Assembly: GCA_964573295.1 (NCBI GenBank)
Contig: CAZNJE010000021.1
Coordinates: forward strand, 3,570-67,569
Direction: 5' to 3'
Source: an uncultured bacterium
GTDB taxonomy: Bacteria; Eisenbacteria; RBG-16-71-46; CAIMUX01; WJJG01
DNA: 64,000 nucleotides
The position numbers and the translations under genes were made by a program. Positions 34,814 to 44,644 of the stretch are shown here, piece after piece (the stretch's first letter is position 1; the number at the start of each line of letters is the position of its first letter). Below the pieces are notes generated by a model. It was not told the DNA's origin. It did no database searches and saw nothing but the letters and a program-made list of their open reading frames with translations.

Positions 34814-37800
34814 CTAGAGCTCGTTCCGGTACGCCTCCCGACTGCGATCCGGTGCGGGACCAAAGTCCGGCTCGGCCCGGTCGTATTTCTTGCGGAGATC
34901 CAGAACCTTCTCGATGCCCCGCTCGAGCTGGCTGTCGATACCCTTGGCCAACTCCTGCGGCAGGTTCTCGACCACGATGTCGGGCTCCACGCCCCGGCCC
35001 TCGAGGCCCCAGCCCCGCTCCTCGTCCCACCAGGCGAACTCGGGGAAGGTCATGTACCCCTTATCGATCGACGGACGGAACCCCCGGATGCCGACCACGC
35101 CGCCCCAGGACCGGGTCCCGATGACCGGCGCCAGGTCCAGCAGCTGCACCGCCGCCGGGAAGATGTCGCCGTCGGAACCGGCGCCCTCGTTGGTGAGCAC
35201 CACGAAGGGGCCGTTGAGAACCCGGCTCGGATAGGTGGTCGCAGCCCCGCTGCGCCGACGATCCCAACTGATGATCGTACGCTGCAAGCGCGAGAGGATC
35301 AGCTGGGAAACGAACCCTCCTCCGTTCCAGCGAGCATCCACGATCATCCCTTCCTTGTCGAGCTGTGGATAGTACCAGCGATCGAACTCGACCAGACCCT
35401 GGGTGCCCATGTCGGGAATGTGAACGTAGCCGATCTTGCCGTCGGTCTTCTCGAGCACCTCTTGGCGATTCTGGCGCACCCAGTCGACATAACGCAGGCG
35501 GTGATCGCTCCCCAGCGGCGTTACCACGACGTGGCGGGCCGACTCGATGTCGAGCGTATCGTTCACCGTCAGCATGACCGGCCGGCCGGCCAGATTCTCG
35601 AAATGGGCCTCGAAAGAACGGTCCAAGGAGAAGGGCTGCAGGTTGACCTCGAAGATGTAATCGCCTTCCTTAAGGTTCACCCCTGGTTCTTTGAGCGGAG
35701 ACCGCACGCGATCGGCTTCGTGGCCGCGATAGATGCGCGTGACGCGGAACGCGCCGCCCTCGCGCGCGAAGCGTCCACCCAATAGGCCCGTGGATCGGCG
35801 CGGCACATCGGTGCCGGTGTCTCCACCGCCGACGTAGGTATGGCCGGTCGAGAGTTCGCCGATCATCTCGGCAAGCAGGTCGGCCAAGTCCTGGCGGGTG
35901 GCCAGGCGCGGCAGGAGCTGGGCGTACTGGTCCCGTACCGCTTCCCAGTCGATGCCGTGCATGCCCGGGTCCCAGTAGTGATCCCGCATGTGACGCCAGG
36001 ACTCGAAGTAGATCTGGCGCCATTCCTCCTGCGGATCGAGCTCGATGATAAGATCGCTCAAGTCCAGAGCCGATTCGGACAAATCCCCGGGCGGGGCCGC
36101 CGCACCAACCACGAAGAGCTGGCCGCGGCCTTTCGACACGATGAGTTTGTCCGCCTCGGTCGACAGATCATAGCCGGCCACGCCGCTGACGAAGGTGCTG
36201 GCCTCTTCCTCTTCGAGATCGAATGCCATGAGGTCGTTCGAGGGTCCGCCCCCCTCGCCGGGACCCGGCTCGTTCATCCCCTGCATGGGCCGGGAGAGAT
36301 AGAACAGTTTGCCCGAGGTCGCCGCGAGACCGAAGTAGGTGCCGGCCTCCACCGGAAGCTCCAGATACCGGCCGGCAAGCCCCTCGAAGTCGATCTCGAC
36401 CGGAGTGAGTTCCTCCTCGTCGTCGGTGTCGTCGTCGGCATCGGAGTCGGCATCGGAGTCGGTGTCGGCGTCGCCCCCGGCGTCGGCTTCAGCATCGGCC
36501 TCGGCGTCGCCCCCGGCGTCGGCTTCAGCATCTGCCTCGGCGTCGGCGTCGGCTTCGTCGCCGTCATCAGCGTCCGCACCCTCGGCGTCGGTCTCGGCGT
36601 CCGCGTCGCCGGCCTCCGCGCCGTCCGCGTCATCGGCGTCCTCATCTTCGATGGGCGGCACGCCGGCGGTCTCGGCGAACGGGTTCTCCACGTCCTCGCG
36701 CAGCAGGTACATGTAAGGCCGGCTGGGTTTGACATTGATCGTCTCGAAATCGAAGCCGCCGATCATCGGGTTGATGGTCCGGTTGCTGACGAAGTAGAGA
36801 TACCGGCCGTCGGGATCCCAGGCCGGGTCGTAGTCATCGGTGTAGTCATCGCCAAGGCGGTGGACCTGGTCCTCTTGCGTGTCATAGATGTAGATCGAGG
36901 CGAAGTACTGCTCATTGTTCTTCGAGTAGGCCAGCCAGCGGCCGTCGGGGCTCCACGTGTAGTCGGTGATCTCCGACTGCTCGCAGTAGTCGATCTCCCG
37001 CCGCTCGCCGCCCTCGGCGGGCATCACATACAGGGTGTGGGTCTGGTCCGCGTAGGCGATCCACTTGCCGTCGGTCGAATAGCGCGGCTGGAAGCGGCGG
37101 CCCGCCACGCCTGGGCCCTCGATCACCTCGACCTTGCCCCGTCCCCAGGAGTCGGCGCTGACGAGCTCTTCCTCGCCGCTACGATCGGTGACGTAGAGCA
37201 GTCGTTCGCCTTCGGGATCGAAGATGACCCGATTCTCGCGGGCGCCGCTGCCCCGCGTGATCGGGAGGGTCACGCCCTCTTCGGTCGGAACGGAGAAGAC
37301 CTCCCCACGGGCGACAACCACGGCGCGCTCGCCGTCGGGCGAGAGGGCGAACTCGTCCACATACTGACCCGGATCCGGATAGCGCTTGCGCGTCAGGGTG
37401 CGCTCGCTCGGCAGGTCGAGTTCGATCTCGCGTTCCTCACCGGTCTTGACGTTGTAGAGGTGGACATCGCCGGCCAGGGTGAAGACGATCTGTCCGTCGG
37501 GACCCATCGCAGCCTGCCGGGCATCCCAGGTGTCGAAGGTGGTGTGGCGCTTGCGGTCGGAGCCGTCGGGTTTCATCGACCAGATGTTGCCCGTGCCGCC
37601 CTGATCGCTCAGGAAGTAGATGCGACCGCCGTGCCACATCGGATTGACATCGAGACCATCGAACTCGGTGACACGCCGGTAGTCCTCACGCGTGGGATCG
37701 CCGACCCAGACATCGGGCGCGGTGCCTCCCCGGTAGCGCTTCCAGGTCCCACCGCCCCAGTTGCGCGTGAACGCGTAGCGGCCACTGATCGGGTCGATGT

Positions 37801-38383
37801 CGAGCCAGTTCGCGCGCCCCAGAGGCACGTTGACGACGTCGCCGCCCTCGGGCGGAACGGTGAAGAGCTCGGGGCTCCAGTGAGCGTGGTGACGGAAGCT
37901 GACGAAGATGATCCGGTCACCCTCGGGCGTCCAGCCCACCGGGAAATCGGGGATCGGGTGCCAGGTCAGCCGGCGAGGCTCGCCGCCGGTCGTCGGCACG
38001 ACATAGACGTCGGTGTTGCCGTCATAGATGCCGGAGAAGGCGATCCAGCGCCCGTCGGGGGAGAAGCAGGGGCGGGATTCGTTGCCGACGTGGGAGGTCA
38101 GGCGCCGGGTGCCGGTGCCGTCGGTCTTGGTGAGCCAGAGGTCACCTTCGGCGACGAAGACCACCTGGTCCCCGTGAACGTCGGGCGCACTCAGATAGCC
38201 CGGCTTGGCATCCGCCAGCGGGGCAGCGCTCCACAGCAGAAGCAGCGCCAGGAACGAGCCCATCAGCGAGCCGGTCAATCCGCCGCGCGGGCGGCTACGC
38301 AGGCGGCTACGCGGGTGGTCGTGCAATCGCAAATCCATGTCCAATCCTCCCCCTTGAGATCCAACAATGCGGGGGCGCGCCAC
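34814..38383 (-). CDS. Tricorn-protease homolog (S41-family C-terminal peptidase with PD40/TolB beta-propellers) carrying an approximately 80-aa poly-acidic (D/A/E/G) insertion; start uncertain
   Basis: Signal peptide (MGSFLALLLLWSAAPLADA, internal start about 38263). PD40 repeats (SPDGRWIAFSG..., SPDGERAV..., STDGKWIAY..., SPDGRWLAY...). C-terminal S41 catalytic region (RWNGGGFVSQLIL, TNEGAGSDGDIF, GTRSWGGVVG). Insert DEDADDADGAEAGDADAETDAEGADADDGDEADADAEADAEADAGGDAEADAEADAGGDADTDSDADSDADDDTDDEEE at 36420-36660. Confidence 0.75.
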   Translation of the reverse strand: MARPRIVGSQGGGLDMDLRLHDHPRSRLRSRPRGGLTGSLMGSFLALLLLWSAAPLADAKPGYLSAPDVHGDQVVFVAEGDLWLTKTDGTGTRRLTSHVGNESRPCFSPDGRWIAFSGIYDGNTDVYVVPTTGGEPRRLTWHPIPDFPVGWTPEGDRIIFVSFRHHAHWSPELFTVPPEGGDVVNVPLGRANWLDIDPISGRYAFTRNWGGGTWKRYRGGTAPDVWVGDPTREDYRRVTEFDGLDVNPMWHGGRIYFLSDQGGTGNIWSMKPDGSDRKRHTTFDTWDARQAAMGPDGQIVFTLAGDVHLYNVKTGEEREIELDLPSERTLTRKRYPDPGQYVDEFALSPDGERAVVVARGEVFSVPTEEGVTLPITRGSGARENRVIFDPEGERLLYVTDRSGEEELVSADSWGRGKVEVIEGPGVAGRRFQPRYSTDGKWIAYADQTHTLYVMPAEGGERREIDYCEQSEITDYTWSPDGRWLAYSKNNEQYFASIYIYDTQEDQVHRLGDDYTDDYDPAWDPDGRYLYFVSNRTINPMIGGFDFETINVKPSRPYMYLLREDVENPFAETAGVPPIEDEDADDADGAEAGDADAETDAEGADADDGDEADADAEADAEADAGGDAEADAEADAGGDADTDSDADSDADDDTDDEEELTPVEIDFEGLAGRYLELPVEAGTYFGLAATSGKLFYLSRPMQGMNEPGPGEGGGPSNDLMAFDLEEEEASTFVSGVAGYDLSTEADKLIVSKGRGQLFVVGAAAPPGDLSESALDLSDLIIELDPQEEWRQIYFESWRHMRDHYWDPGMHGIDWEAVRDQYAQLLPRLATRQDLADLLAEMIGELSTGHTYVGGGDTGTDVPRRSTGLLGGRFAREGGAFRVTRIYRGHEADRVRSPLKEPGVNLKEGDYIFEVNLQPFSLDRSFEAHFENLAGRPVMLTVNDTLDIESARHVVVTPLGSDHRLRYVDWVRQNRQEVLEKTDGKIGYVHIPDMGTQGLVEFDRWYYPQLDKEGMIVDARWNGGGFVSQLILSRLQRTIISWDRRRSGAATTYPSRVLNGPFVVLTNEGAGSDGDIFPAAVQLLDLAPVIGTRSWGGVVGIRGFRPSIDKGYMTFPEFAWWDEERGWGLEGRGVEPDIVVENLPQELAKGIDSQLERGIEKVLDLRKKYDRAEPDFGPAPDRSREAYRNEL

Positions 38384-38445
38384 CGCCCCCGTCTAGAGTC
38401 ATCCCGCCGACCAGTACGGCAGGTATGGTCGGTTGCTTCCGAGGT

Positions 38446-39693
38446 TTACGTGACTAACTGCGCCTGGGTTGCAGCTGGGCGCGCCAGGTCGAAGTTCTTT
38501 GCCGCCATCTCCGCGACGGCCTCCCCGATGCTCATCGAGGCCGTCGCCGCCGGCGAGGGCGCGTTGAGGACGTGAATCTGGCCCGGCGCTTCCACGATGC
38601 GGAAGTCGTCCACGAGCTTGCCCGAGGGCTCGAGCGCCTGGGCGCGCACACCGGCGCCGCCCGGATGGATGTCCTCGATCTGAAGCTCGGGCAACAGGCG
38701 CCGCAAGGCCTTCACGAAGGCTGACTTGCTCAGCGAGCGCTGAACTTCTCCAATGCCGGTTTTCCAGTACTTCGCGCTCATCCGCCAGAAGCCGCCGTAG
38801 GTCACGTACTCGGCCATGTCGCCCAGTGAGACGCGCGACCAGCCGTAGCCCTCACGCTTCAAGGCCAGTACGGCATTGGGTCCCGCCTCGACGCCTCCTC
38901 CGATCATGCGTGTGAAGTGAACGCCCAGGAAAGGAAAGCGCGGGTCGGGCACCGGATAGACCAGGTGCTTGACCAGGTACTGCTTCTCGGGCACCAGTTC
39001 GTAGTACTCGCCCCGGAAGGGCACGATCTGCAGCCCGGGCTGGACACCGCACTTGAGAGCGATCCGGTCGCACTGCAGTCCAGCGCAGTTGACGAGGTGG
39101 CGGGCACGGATCTCCCCCCGGCGGGTTTCGACGACCATCCCCTGACTCTCGCGCACGATGCCCGTCACGCGGTGGCTCAGACGAATCTCGCCGCCGTGCT
39201 CCTGAACGATCCGGGCATAGGCGGCGGTCACCTCCGAGTAGTCGACGATGCCGGTCTGCGGCACGTGCAGGCCGTCGATGCCGGTGATGTGCGGTTCGTG
39301 TTCGCGGATCTCCTCGGCGGTGATCCGGCGGAGGCCGTCGAGCCCGTTGGCCCGGCCGCGGCGCTCGAGATCATCGAGCGCGGGGATCTCTTCGGGCCGG
39401 GTGGCCACGACCACCTTGCCGCAGCGATCGTGGGCGATGCCATGCTTCTCGCAGAACGCATAGAGCGCCTCGCGCCCGCGCGTGCAGTTGACCGCCTTCA
39501 GCGACCCGGGCTTGTAGTAGAGCCCCGAATGGATCACCCCGCTGTTGTGGCCCGTCTGATGAGCGGCCAGCTTGTCCTCGGCCTCCAGAATCACGACACG
39601 CGCACCGTGTTTCCTCGACAGCGCCATCGCCGTCGCGGTCCCGATGATCCCTCCGCCAATGATCGCCACATCGAATGGCCTCTGCTCGTTCAC
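38446..39693 (-). CDS. lhgO: FAD-dependent L-2-hydroxyglutarate oxidase/dehydrogenase (LhgO/YgaF family)
   Basis: GTG start with GGGAGG RBS (VNEQRPFDVAIIGGGIIGTATAMALS). FAD fold GxGxxG. Conserved HTGHNSGVIHSGLYYKPGSLKA segment characteristic of the L2HG oxidase family. Confidence 0.7.
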   Translation of the reverse strand: MNEQRPFDVAIIGGGIIGTATAMALSRKHGARVVILEAEDKLAAHQTGHNSGVIHSGLYYKPGSLKAVNCTRGREALYAFCEKHGIAHDRCGKVVVATRPEEIPALDDLERRGRANGLDGLRRITAEEIREHEPHITGIDGLHVPQTGIVDYSEVTAAYARIVQEHGGEIRLSHRVTGIVRESQGMVVETRRGEIRARHLVNCAGLQCDRIALKCGVQPGLQIVPFRGEYYELVPEKQYLVKHLVYPVPDPRFPFLGVHFTRMIGGGVEAGPNAVLALKREGYGWSRVSLGDMAEYVTYGGFWRMSAKYWKTGIGEVQRSLSKSAFVKALRRLLPELQIEDIHPGGAGVRAQALEPSGKLVDDFRIVEAPGQIHVLNAPSPAATASMSIGEAVAEMAAKNFDLARPAATQAQLVT

Positions 39694-39739
39694 CGTCTCG
39701 TCCTCCCCTGGTCGGTGCCCGGTCCGTGAATCCAGCCCG

Positions 39740-40966
39740 TTATTGATCCGCCAACGTCCGCGGCGGCGCAACACTGGCTTCCTCGGCGATCGCACGCAAG
39801 GCACCGAGCACATTCTCGGCCACGGGAATGCCGTCTTCCCCGTGCACCTGGCTCTTGATGCTCTCCTTCTCGCCGTGGATGTAGATGCGTTTCTCACCCC
39901 TGGCCTTGGGGGATTCGCGCAGCATGGCCGAGAAAGCGGTCACGCGCGCCTGGAGTGCTTCGGGCGGCATGAACCGCGCCGGATCGAGCGCCATGAAGAA
40001 GTGACCCACACGCGGAGCGGCCACCTCGCCCGGTCCCACGTCCCGCTTCAGGTTGTTGACGTCACTGCCGTAGGCCGACCCCGACAGCACACCGCAAAGC
40101 ATATCGACCATCATCGCCAGGCCGAATCCCTTGTGCCCGCTGAATTCCTCACCTCGGCCTCCCAGGGGGAGGATACCGCCGCCCGCGCGCTCCAGCAGGT
40201 TGGCAAGCACCCGGCCGGGGTTCTGGCAATCGGACCCGGTTTCATCGGCCGCCCAGCCAATGGGCATCTCGTTGCCATTGCGGTCGTAGACTTCCAGCTT
40301 GCCGCGCGGCACCACGCTGGTGGCCATGTCCAGGAGGAAGTCGTCGCCATCCGATGACGGCATGCCGAACGCGATGGGATTCGTGCCGAGAATGGCGTCG
40401 ACGCCGAAGGTGGGAATGACGAGCGGCGCGGCGTTGGTCATCGAGATGCCGATGAAGCGCTTCTCGAGCGCCTTCAAGACGTAGTACCCAGCGATGCCGT
40501 AGTGATTGCTGTTCTTGACCGTGACGATCCCGACCCCGCAACCTGCGGCCTTCTCGATCGCCAGGTCCATCGCCTGTTCGGAGACGACCTGGCCCAGACC
40601 GTTGCGCGCATCGATCGTCGCGATGGCGACACCGGCGTCCTCGACACCGAATTCGATATCGGGCACGATGTAGCCGTCACGAATGCCGTTCAGGTAGCGC
40701 CGCAAGCGCGCCACGCCGTGGCTGGCGATGCCGCGCATGTCGGCCGAGACCAGGTTGCGTGAGACGATCTCGGCTTCATGGCGGGGAACCCGGTAGGCTT
40801 CGAGCACACGGACGACGAAGCCCTCGAGTTCATCGCGCATGATCTTGTTCTCGAGGCCGCAGCCGTGGCAACTCGTGCAGGTCACTTCGTGAATCGCTCC
40901 AGCGTCACTCGTGCCGCTGGGCCCGGGATCCTTGTTGATGGGGGGGATGTACTCGGCCATGGTCAT
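39740..40966 (-). CDS. Ldh_2-family (malate/L-lactate/L-sulfolactate dehydrogenase type) oxidoreductase with an approximately 45-aa Cys-containing N-terminal extension
   Basis: Core matches Ldh_2 (GIASHGVARLRRYLNGI...VTVKNSNHYGIAGYYV...NPIAFGMPS). N-terminal MTMAEYIPPINKDPGPSGTSDAGAIHEVTCTSCHGCGLENK is not part of the usual fold. Confidence 0.7.
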   Translation of the reverse strand: MTMAEYIPPINKDPGPSGTSDAGAIHEVTCTSCHGCGLENKIMRDELEGFVVRVLEAYRVPRHEAEIVSRNLVSADMRGIASHGVARLRRYLNGIRDGYIVPDIEFGVEDAGVAIATIDARNGLGQVVSEQAMDLAIEKAAGCGVGIVTVKNSNHYGIAGYYVLKALEKRFIGISMTNAAPLVIPTFGVDAILGTNPIAFGMPSSDGDDFLLDMATSVVPRGKLEVYDRNGNEMPIGWAADETGSDCQNPGRVLANLLERAGGGILPLGGRGEEFSGHKGFGLAMMVDMLCGVLSGSAYGSDVNNLKRDVGPGEVAAPRVGHFFMALDPARFMPPEALQARVTAFSAMLRESPKARGEKRIYIHGEKESIKSQVHGEDGIPVAENVLGALRAIAEEASVAPPRTLADQ

Positions 40967-40977
40967 TCACTCCTTCT

Positions 40978-41049
40978 TATGCACCTTGTGCACCTTGTGC
41001 ACCTCGTGCAGCTCGTGCACCTCATGCAGCTCGTGCACCTCATGCACGG
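40978..41049. repeat. 12-nt tandem repeat (gtgcacctcgtg/gtgcagctcgtg, about 6 copies) immediately upstream of the Ldh_2 gene start
   Basis: tgcaccttgtgcaccttgtgcacctcgtgcagctcgtgcacctcatgcagctcgtgcacctcatgcacgg. Confidence 0.85.
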
Positions 41050-41263
41050 CACAACGCGCGCAGCCCGTAGGTGATGGTCTTGGTCGATGCAGATCCGAAG
41101 CGGGAGGACTGGAAGTTGGTCCGAATGCGGTCAAGCGCCGGGTGATCTCCCACTTCGGCTGGACTCACCCTTGCAACTGCAACCTGGTTCCCGCGTAGGA
41201 GGTTGGCAGGTCGCAGCCGAAATCGCCGATATCGTCGCCGGGAACCCAGCTGATAGAGAGCCC

Positions 41264-42022
41264 ATGATGCTCAACGCAAGCAAGCTCAGCAAGATCTACC
41301 GCCTCGGAGGCCAGGAAATCCGCGCCCTCGACAATGTGGACCTGCGAATCCACCAAGGCGAATACCTGCGCGTGGTTGGCGCGTCAGGCTCCGGAAAATC
41401 AACTTTGCTGAATCTACTGGCTGGATTGGACACACCCACGCGCGGTGAGATCGACTCGCCCTACGGCCGGCTCTCCAGCATGCGGCCGAATGAGCTGGCC
41501 GATTACCGCGCGCGTCATGTGGGGATGGTCTTCCAGTCGTTCAACTTGATCGCCTATCGCAGCGCGCTGCAGAACGTGGCCCTCGGGATGCTCTTCCTCA
41601 ACGTGAGCGCGAAGGAGCGAGATCGTCGAGCGCGGACGATCCTGGAGCGCCTGGGGCTCGGCGATCGGCTCGACCACCGTCCGGGCGACCTCTCGGGCGG
41701 CGAGCAGCAGCGGGTGGTTCTGGCCCGCGCGCTCGTCAAGGAGCCGGCGTTGCTGCTGGCCGACGAGCCCACCGGCAACCTGGACCAAGCGACCTCGCGC
41801 GAGATCGCGCAGCTGCTCACGAAGCTGAATACCGACGGGCTGACGATCGTGCTCGTCACCCACGACCTCGCCCTCGCCGAAGACGACGCTCACCGGACGC
41901 TGCGCATGAGCTACGGGGTCATCGAACAGGAAACCCGCCACCGGCCGTTTGCGCACGCCCAGGCCCCACCGTCCCCCCGGCGAGGTGGCGAGGGCGCCAC
42001 ATCGAGCGGGGGGACGTCATGA
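41264..42022 (+). CDS. ABC transporter ATP-binding protein (LolD/MacB-type)
   Basis: Walker A (VVGASGSGKSTLLNLLAG). Signature (LSGGEQQRVVLARAL). Walker B (LLLADEPTGNLD). Start at internal ATG 41264. 4-nt overlap with the downstream permease. Confidence 0.8.
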   Translation: MMLNASKLSKIYRLGGQEIRALDNVDLRIHQGEYLRVVGASGSGKSTLLNLLAGLDTPTRGEIDSPYGRLSSMRPNELADYRARHVGMVFQSFNLIAYRSALQNVALGMLFLNVSAKERDRRARTILERLGLGDRLDHRPGDLSGGEQQRVVLARALVKEPALLLADEPTGNLDQATSREIAQLLTKLNTDGLTIVLVTHDLALAEDDAHRTLRMSYGVIEQETRHRPFAHAQAPPSPRRGGEGATSSGGTS

Positions 42023-43476
42023 TCCCGCGTGAGTTCCTGAGCATCGCCGCAGGCAACCTGTGGCGGCAGAAGCTGCGGGCCGGGTTGACCACCTCGGGGG
42101 TCATCATCGGAATCGGCGCGCTGGTGGCCATGCTCTCCTTCGCCTTCGGCGTCCAGAAGACCGCCTCGGAGCAGTTCCGTGATCTGGGTCTCTTCCACAC
42201 GATCCACGTGATGCCGAAACGGGCGCCCGAGGACCACGTCAACGCCGAAGCCGATTCCACGAAGACGACCGCGGCCGCGACGGCGAAACCCGCGGCCGCT
42301 GACGGTGCTAATGGTGCTGACGCCGAGGAGACGACGCCGCCCGCTCGCGTTCTCGACATGGCCGCGATCGAAGCGATCGAGCGCATCGAAGGCGTCACCC
42401 TCGCCTATCCGCAGGACACCTTCGATGCCCACATCTTCTGGCGGGATTACGACCGGGCCCTGACCGCCCAGGCGCTGCCCGCCAGCTTCGGCGAGAAACG
42501 CGAGTTCGGCGAGATGGTGGCCGGCCGCTTCTTCGCTTCCGACGACGCCTCAGAGGCGGTGGTCAGTGAACAGGTGCTGCGCCTCTGGGACGTATCGCCC
42601 GAGTCGATCGTGGGCGATACCCTCCTGATCCGCACCGCCGGACGAGCGGCACTGATGGATGTTCTGATCGACGAGGCTCTCGTCGCCTACGACATCCCGG
42701 AGGCACTGGGCCAAACCGCTCGCACCATGGCAGGGATGTTCCTGGACCGCTTTGGCGAGAACGAGCTGCGGGTGACGGTCTCGGGCGTAGCGCGTCTCGA
42801 GGACGGCTGGGGCTTCCGCATCTACAACCTGCTGCTACCCACCGCGACCGCCGCCCGGCTCGACCGGGTGGGCTTCAGTGATCCGGTCGAACTCATCGCG
42901 CGCATGGGTGGCGAGATCGAGGAAGGCTACGGTCTGGCGGTGGTGACCCTGGACCCGGATGCCAACTACGATGCCGTCCGCGCGCAGATCGATGCGATGG
43001 GTTTGACCACGGTCGATTTCCTGGAACGTTTCACCGAGATGCGCAAGGCGTTTCTGATCTTCGATCTCATCGTTGCGGTCTTGGCCCTCATCGCGATCGT
43101 GGTGGCGGCGCTGGGAATCGTGAACACAATGATGATGTCGATCATGGAACGTACGCGCGAGATCGGCATTCTGAAATCGCTGGGCGCACAGGGTGGGCAG
43201 ATCCGCTTGCTCTTCCTGGTCGAATCCGCGCTGATCGGGCTTCTCGGCTCGTTGGGCGGACTGGTGCTGGGTTGGGTAATTTCGCGGATTGCGTCCTATG
43301 TGGCCAGGCAGATCATGGAATCCCAAGGCGGCCCCACCATGGAGATGTTCCACGTGCCGCCCGCCCTGGCGCTGGGCGCGATTGGGTTCGGCCTGGTCGT
43401 CAGCTTGCTTTCCGGTTTGTACCCCGCTGCACGTGCCGCGCGTGTCGATCCGGTCGAGGCCCTTCGGCAGGAGTAG
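42019..43476 (+). CDS. ABC transporter permease, FtsX/MacB/LolCE family, with a Thr/Ala-rich periplasmic insertion
   Basis: N-terminal TM (GLTTSGVIIGIGALVAMLSF). Large periplasmic domain. C-terminal 3-TM FtsX domain (LIFDLIVAVLALIAIVVAALGIVN...EIGILKSLGA). Insert TKTTAAATAKPAAADGANGADAEETTPPA. Confidence 0.75.
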   Translation: MIPREFLSIAAGNLWRQKLRAGLTTSGVIIGIGALVAMLSFAFGVQKTASEQFRDLGLFHTIHVMPKRAPEDHVNAEADSTKTTAAATAKPAAADGANGADAEETTPPARVLDMAAIEAIERIEGVTLAYPQDTFDAHIFWRDYDRALTAQALPASFGEKREFGEMVAGRFFASDDASEAVVSEQVLRLWDVSPESIVGDTLLIRTAGRAALMDVLIDEALVAYDIPEALGQTARTMAGMFLDRFGENELRVTVSGVARLEDGWGFRIYNLLLPTATAARLDRVGFSDPVELIARMGGEIEEGYGLAVVTLDPDANYDAVRAQIDAMGLTTVDFLERFTEMRKAFLIFDLIVAVLALIAIVVAALGIVNTMMMSIMERTREIGILKSLGAQGGQIRLLFLVESALIGLLGSLGGLVLGWVISRIASYVARQIMESQGGPTMEMFHVPPALALGAIGFGLVVSLLSGLYPAARAARVDPVEALRQE

Positions 43477-43645
43477 CGGCCTACACTTTCCCTGGTTTCG
43501 GTTTCGCGTTAGGCTAGGAGTGCGCCGAAAGAGAACGGAAGAGAACGAAGGGAAAGAAGCACCCAGCGGCGCATGATGGGTGGTCAGCCGGCCGTGCTGG
43601 GTCGCGGACCCGGTCGGTTAGGGGCGCAGGTGCAAGGAGGCCATC

Positions 43646-44644
43646 ATGAAACTCCTCGTCTTGGGCGGCACGATCTTTCTCGGTCGCCATCTCGTCGCGT
43701 CCGCGCTGGCGGCGGGACACGAGGTCACGCTCTTCAACCGCGGACGGCACAATCCCGACCTCTTCCCCGAGGTCGAGCATCTGCGCGGGGATCGCGACCA
43801 GAAGCTGTCCTTTCCCGCCAAGCGTCGCTGGGATGCCGTCATCGACACCTGCGGCTACTTCCCCCGCCAGGTCCGCGCGTCGGCGGGCGCGCTGGCCGAC
43901 CGCGCCGACCACTACACGTTCATCTCGAGCATCTCGGTCTACGGTGACATCAACCAGCTCGGCATCGACGAGTCCACCCCCGTAGCGACCACCGACGATC
44001 TCGAAGCCACGACGATCACGAACGAAAACTACGGGCCTCTAAAGGCTCTCTGCGAACAGGCCGCCGAGGAGACCATGCCCGGCCGGGTGCTCAATGTGCG
44101 ACCGGGCCTGATCGTGGGGCCCCACGACCCATCCGACCGGTTCACCTACTGGCCCGACCGGGTCGCGCGGGGCGGAGACATTCTGGCGCCGGGCAGCCCG
44201 GCTCGGGAGATCCAGTTCATCGACGTCCGGGATCTGGCCGACTGGATCCTGCGGGCAATCGAAGGCGCCCAGACGGGCGTGTTCAATGCCACCGGTCCCG
44301 AGGAGCCCCTGACCATGCTCGGATTCCTCGAGACCTGCCGCCACACGGTGGGCAGTGCCGAGGACGAACGGGACCTGGTCTGGGTAGACGACGACTTCCT
44401 GGTCGAGAAGGGCGTCGCACCCTATACCGAGATCCCACTGTGGATTCCCGGGGAGCACGACACGGTGAACTGCCGGCGCGCCATGACCGCCGGCCTGTCC
44501 TTCCGTCTAGTGGAAGAGACGATTCAGGATACGCTCCGCTGGGACATCGAACGCCGCGTGGCCAACTGCGGGATCGAACGGCGCTGCGGTCTGAGCCCCG
44601 AGCGGGAGACCGAACTCCTGCGGGCCTATGCCACCAAGGCCTAG
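43646..44644 (+). CDS. NAD-dependent epimerase/dehydratase-family protein (atypical SDR)
   Basis: MKLLVLGGTIFLGRHLVASALAAGHEVTLFNRG Rossmann motif. Confidence 0.7.
   Translation: MKLLVLGGTIFLGRHLVASALAAGHEVTLFNRGRHNPDLFPEVEHLRGDRDQKLSFPAKRRWDAVIDTCGYFPRQVRASAGALADRADHYTFISSISVYGDINQLGIDESTPVATTDDLEATTITNENYGPLKALCEQAAEETMPGRVLNVRPGLIVGPHDPSDRFTYWPDRVARGGDILAPGSPAREIQFIDVRDLADWILRAIEGAQTGVFNATGPEEPLTMLGFLETCRHTVGSAEDERDLVWVDDDFLVEKGVAPYTEIPLWIPGEHDTVNCRRAMTAGLSFRLVEETIQDTLRWDIERRVANCGIERRCGLSPERETELLRAYATKA

Noticed and set aside
36274-36735. ORFs encoding poly-Ala/Ser/Thr peptides antisense to the tricorn acidic insertion
   Set aside because: They are the complementary reading of the GAC/GCC repeat block and have no independent support.
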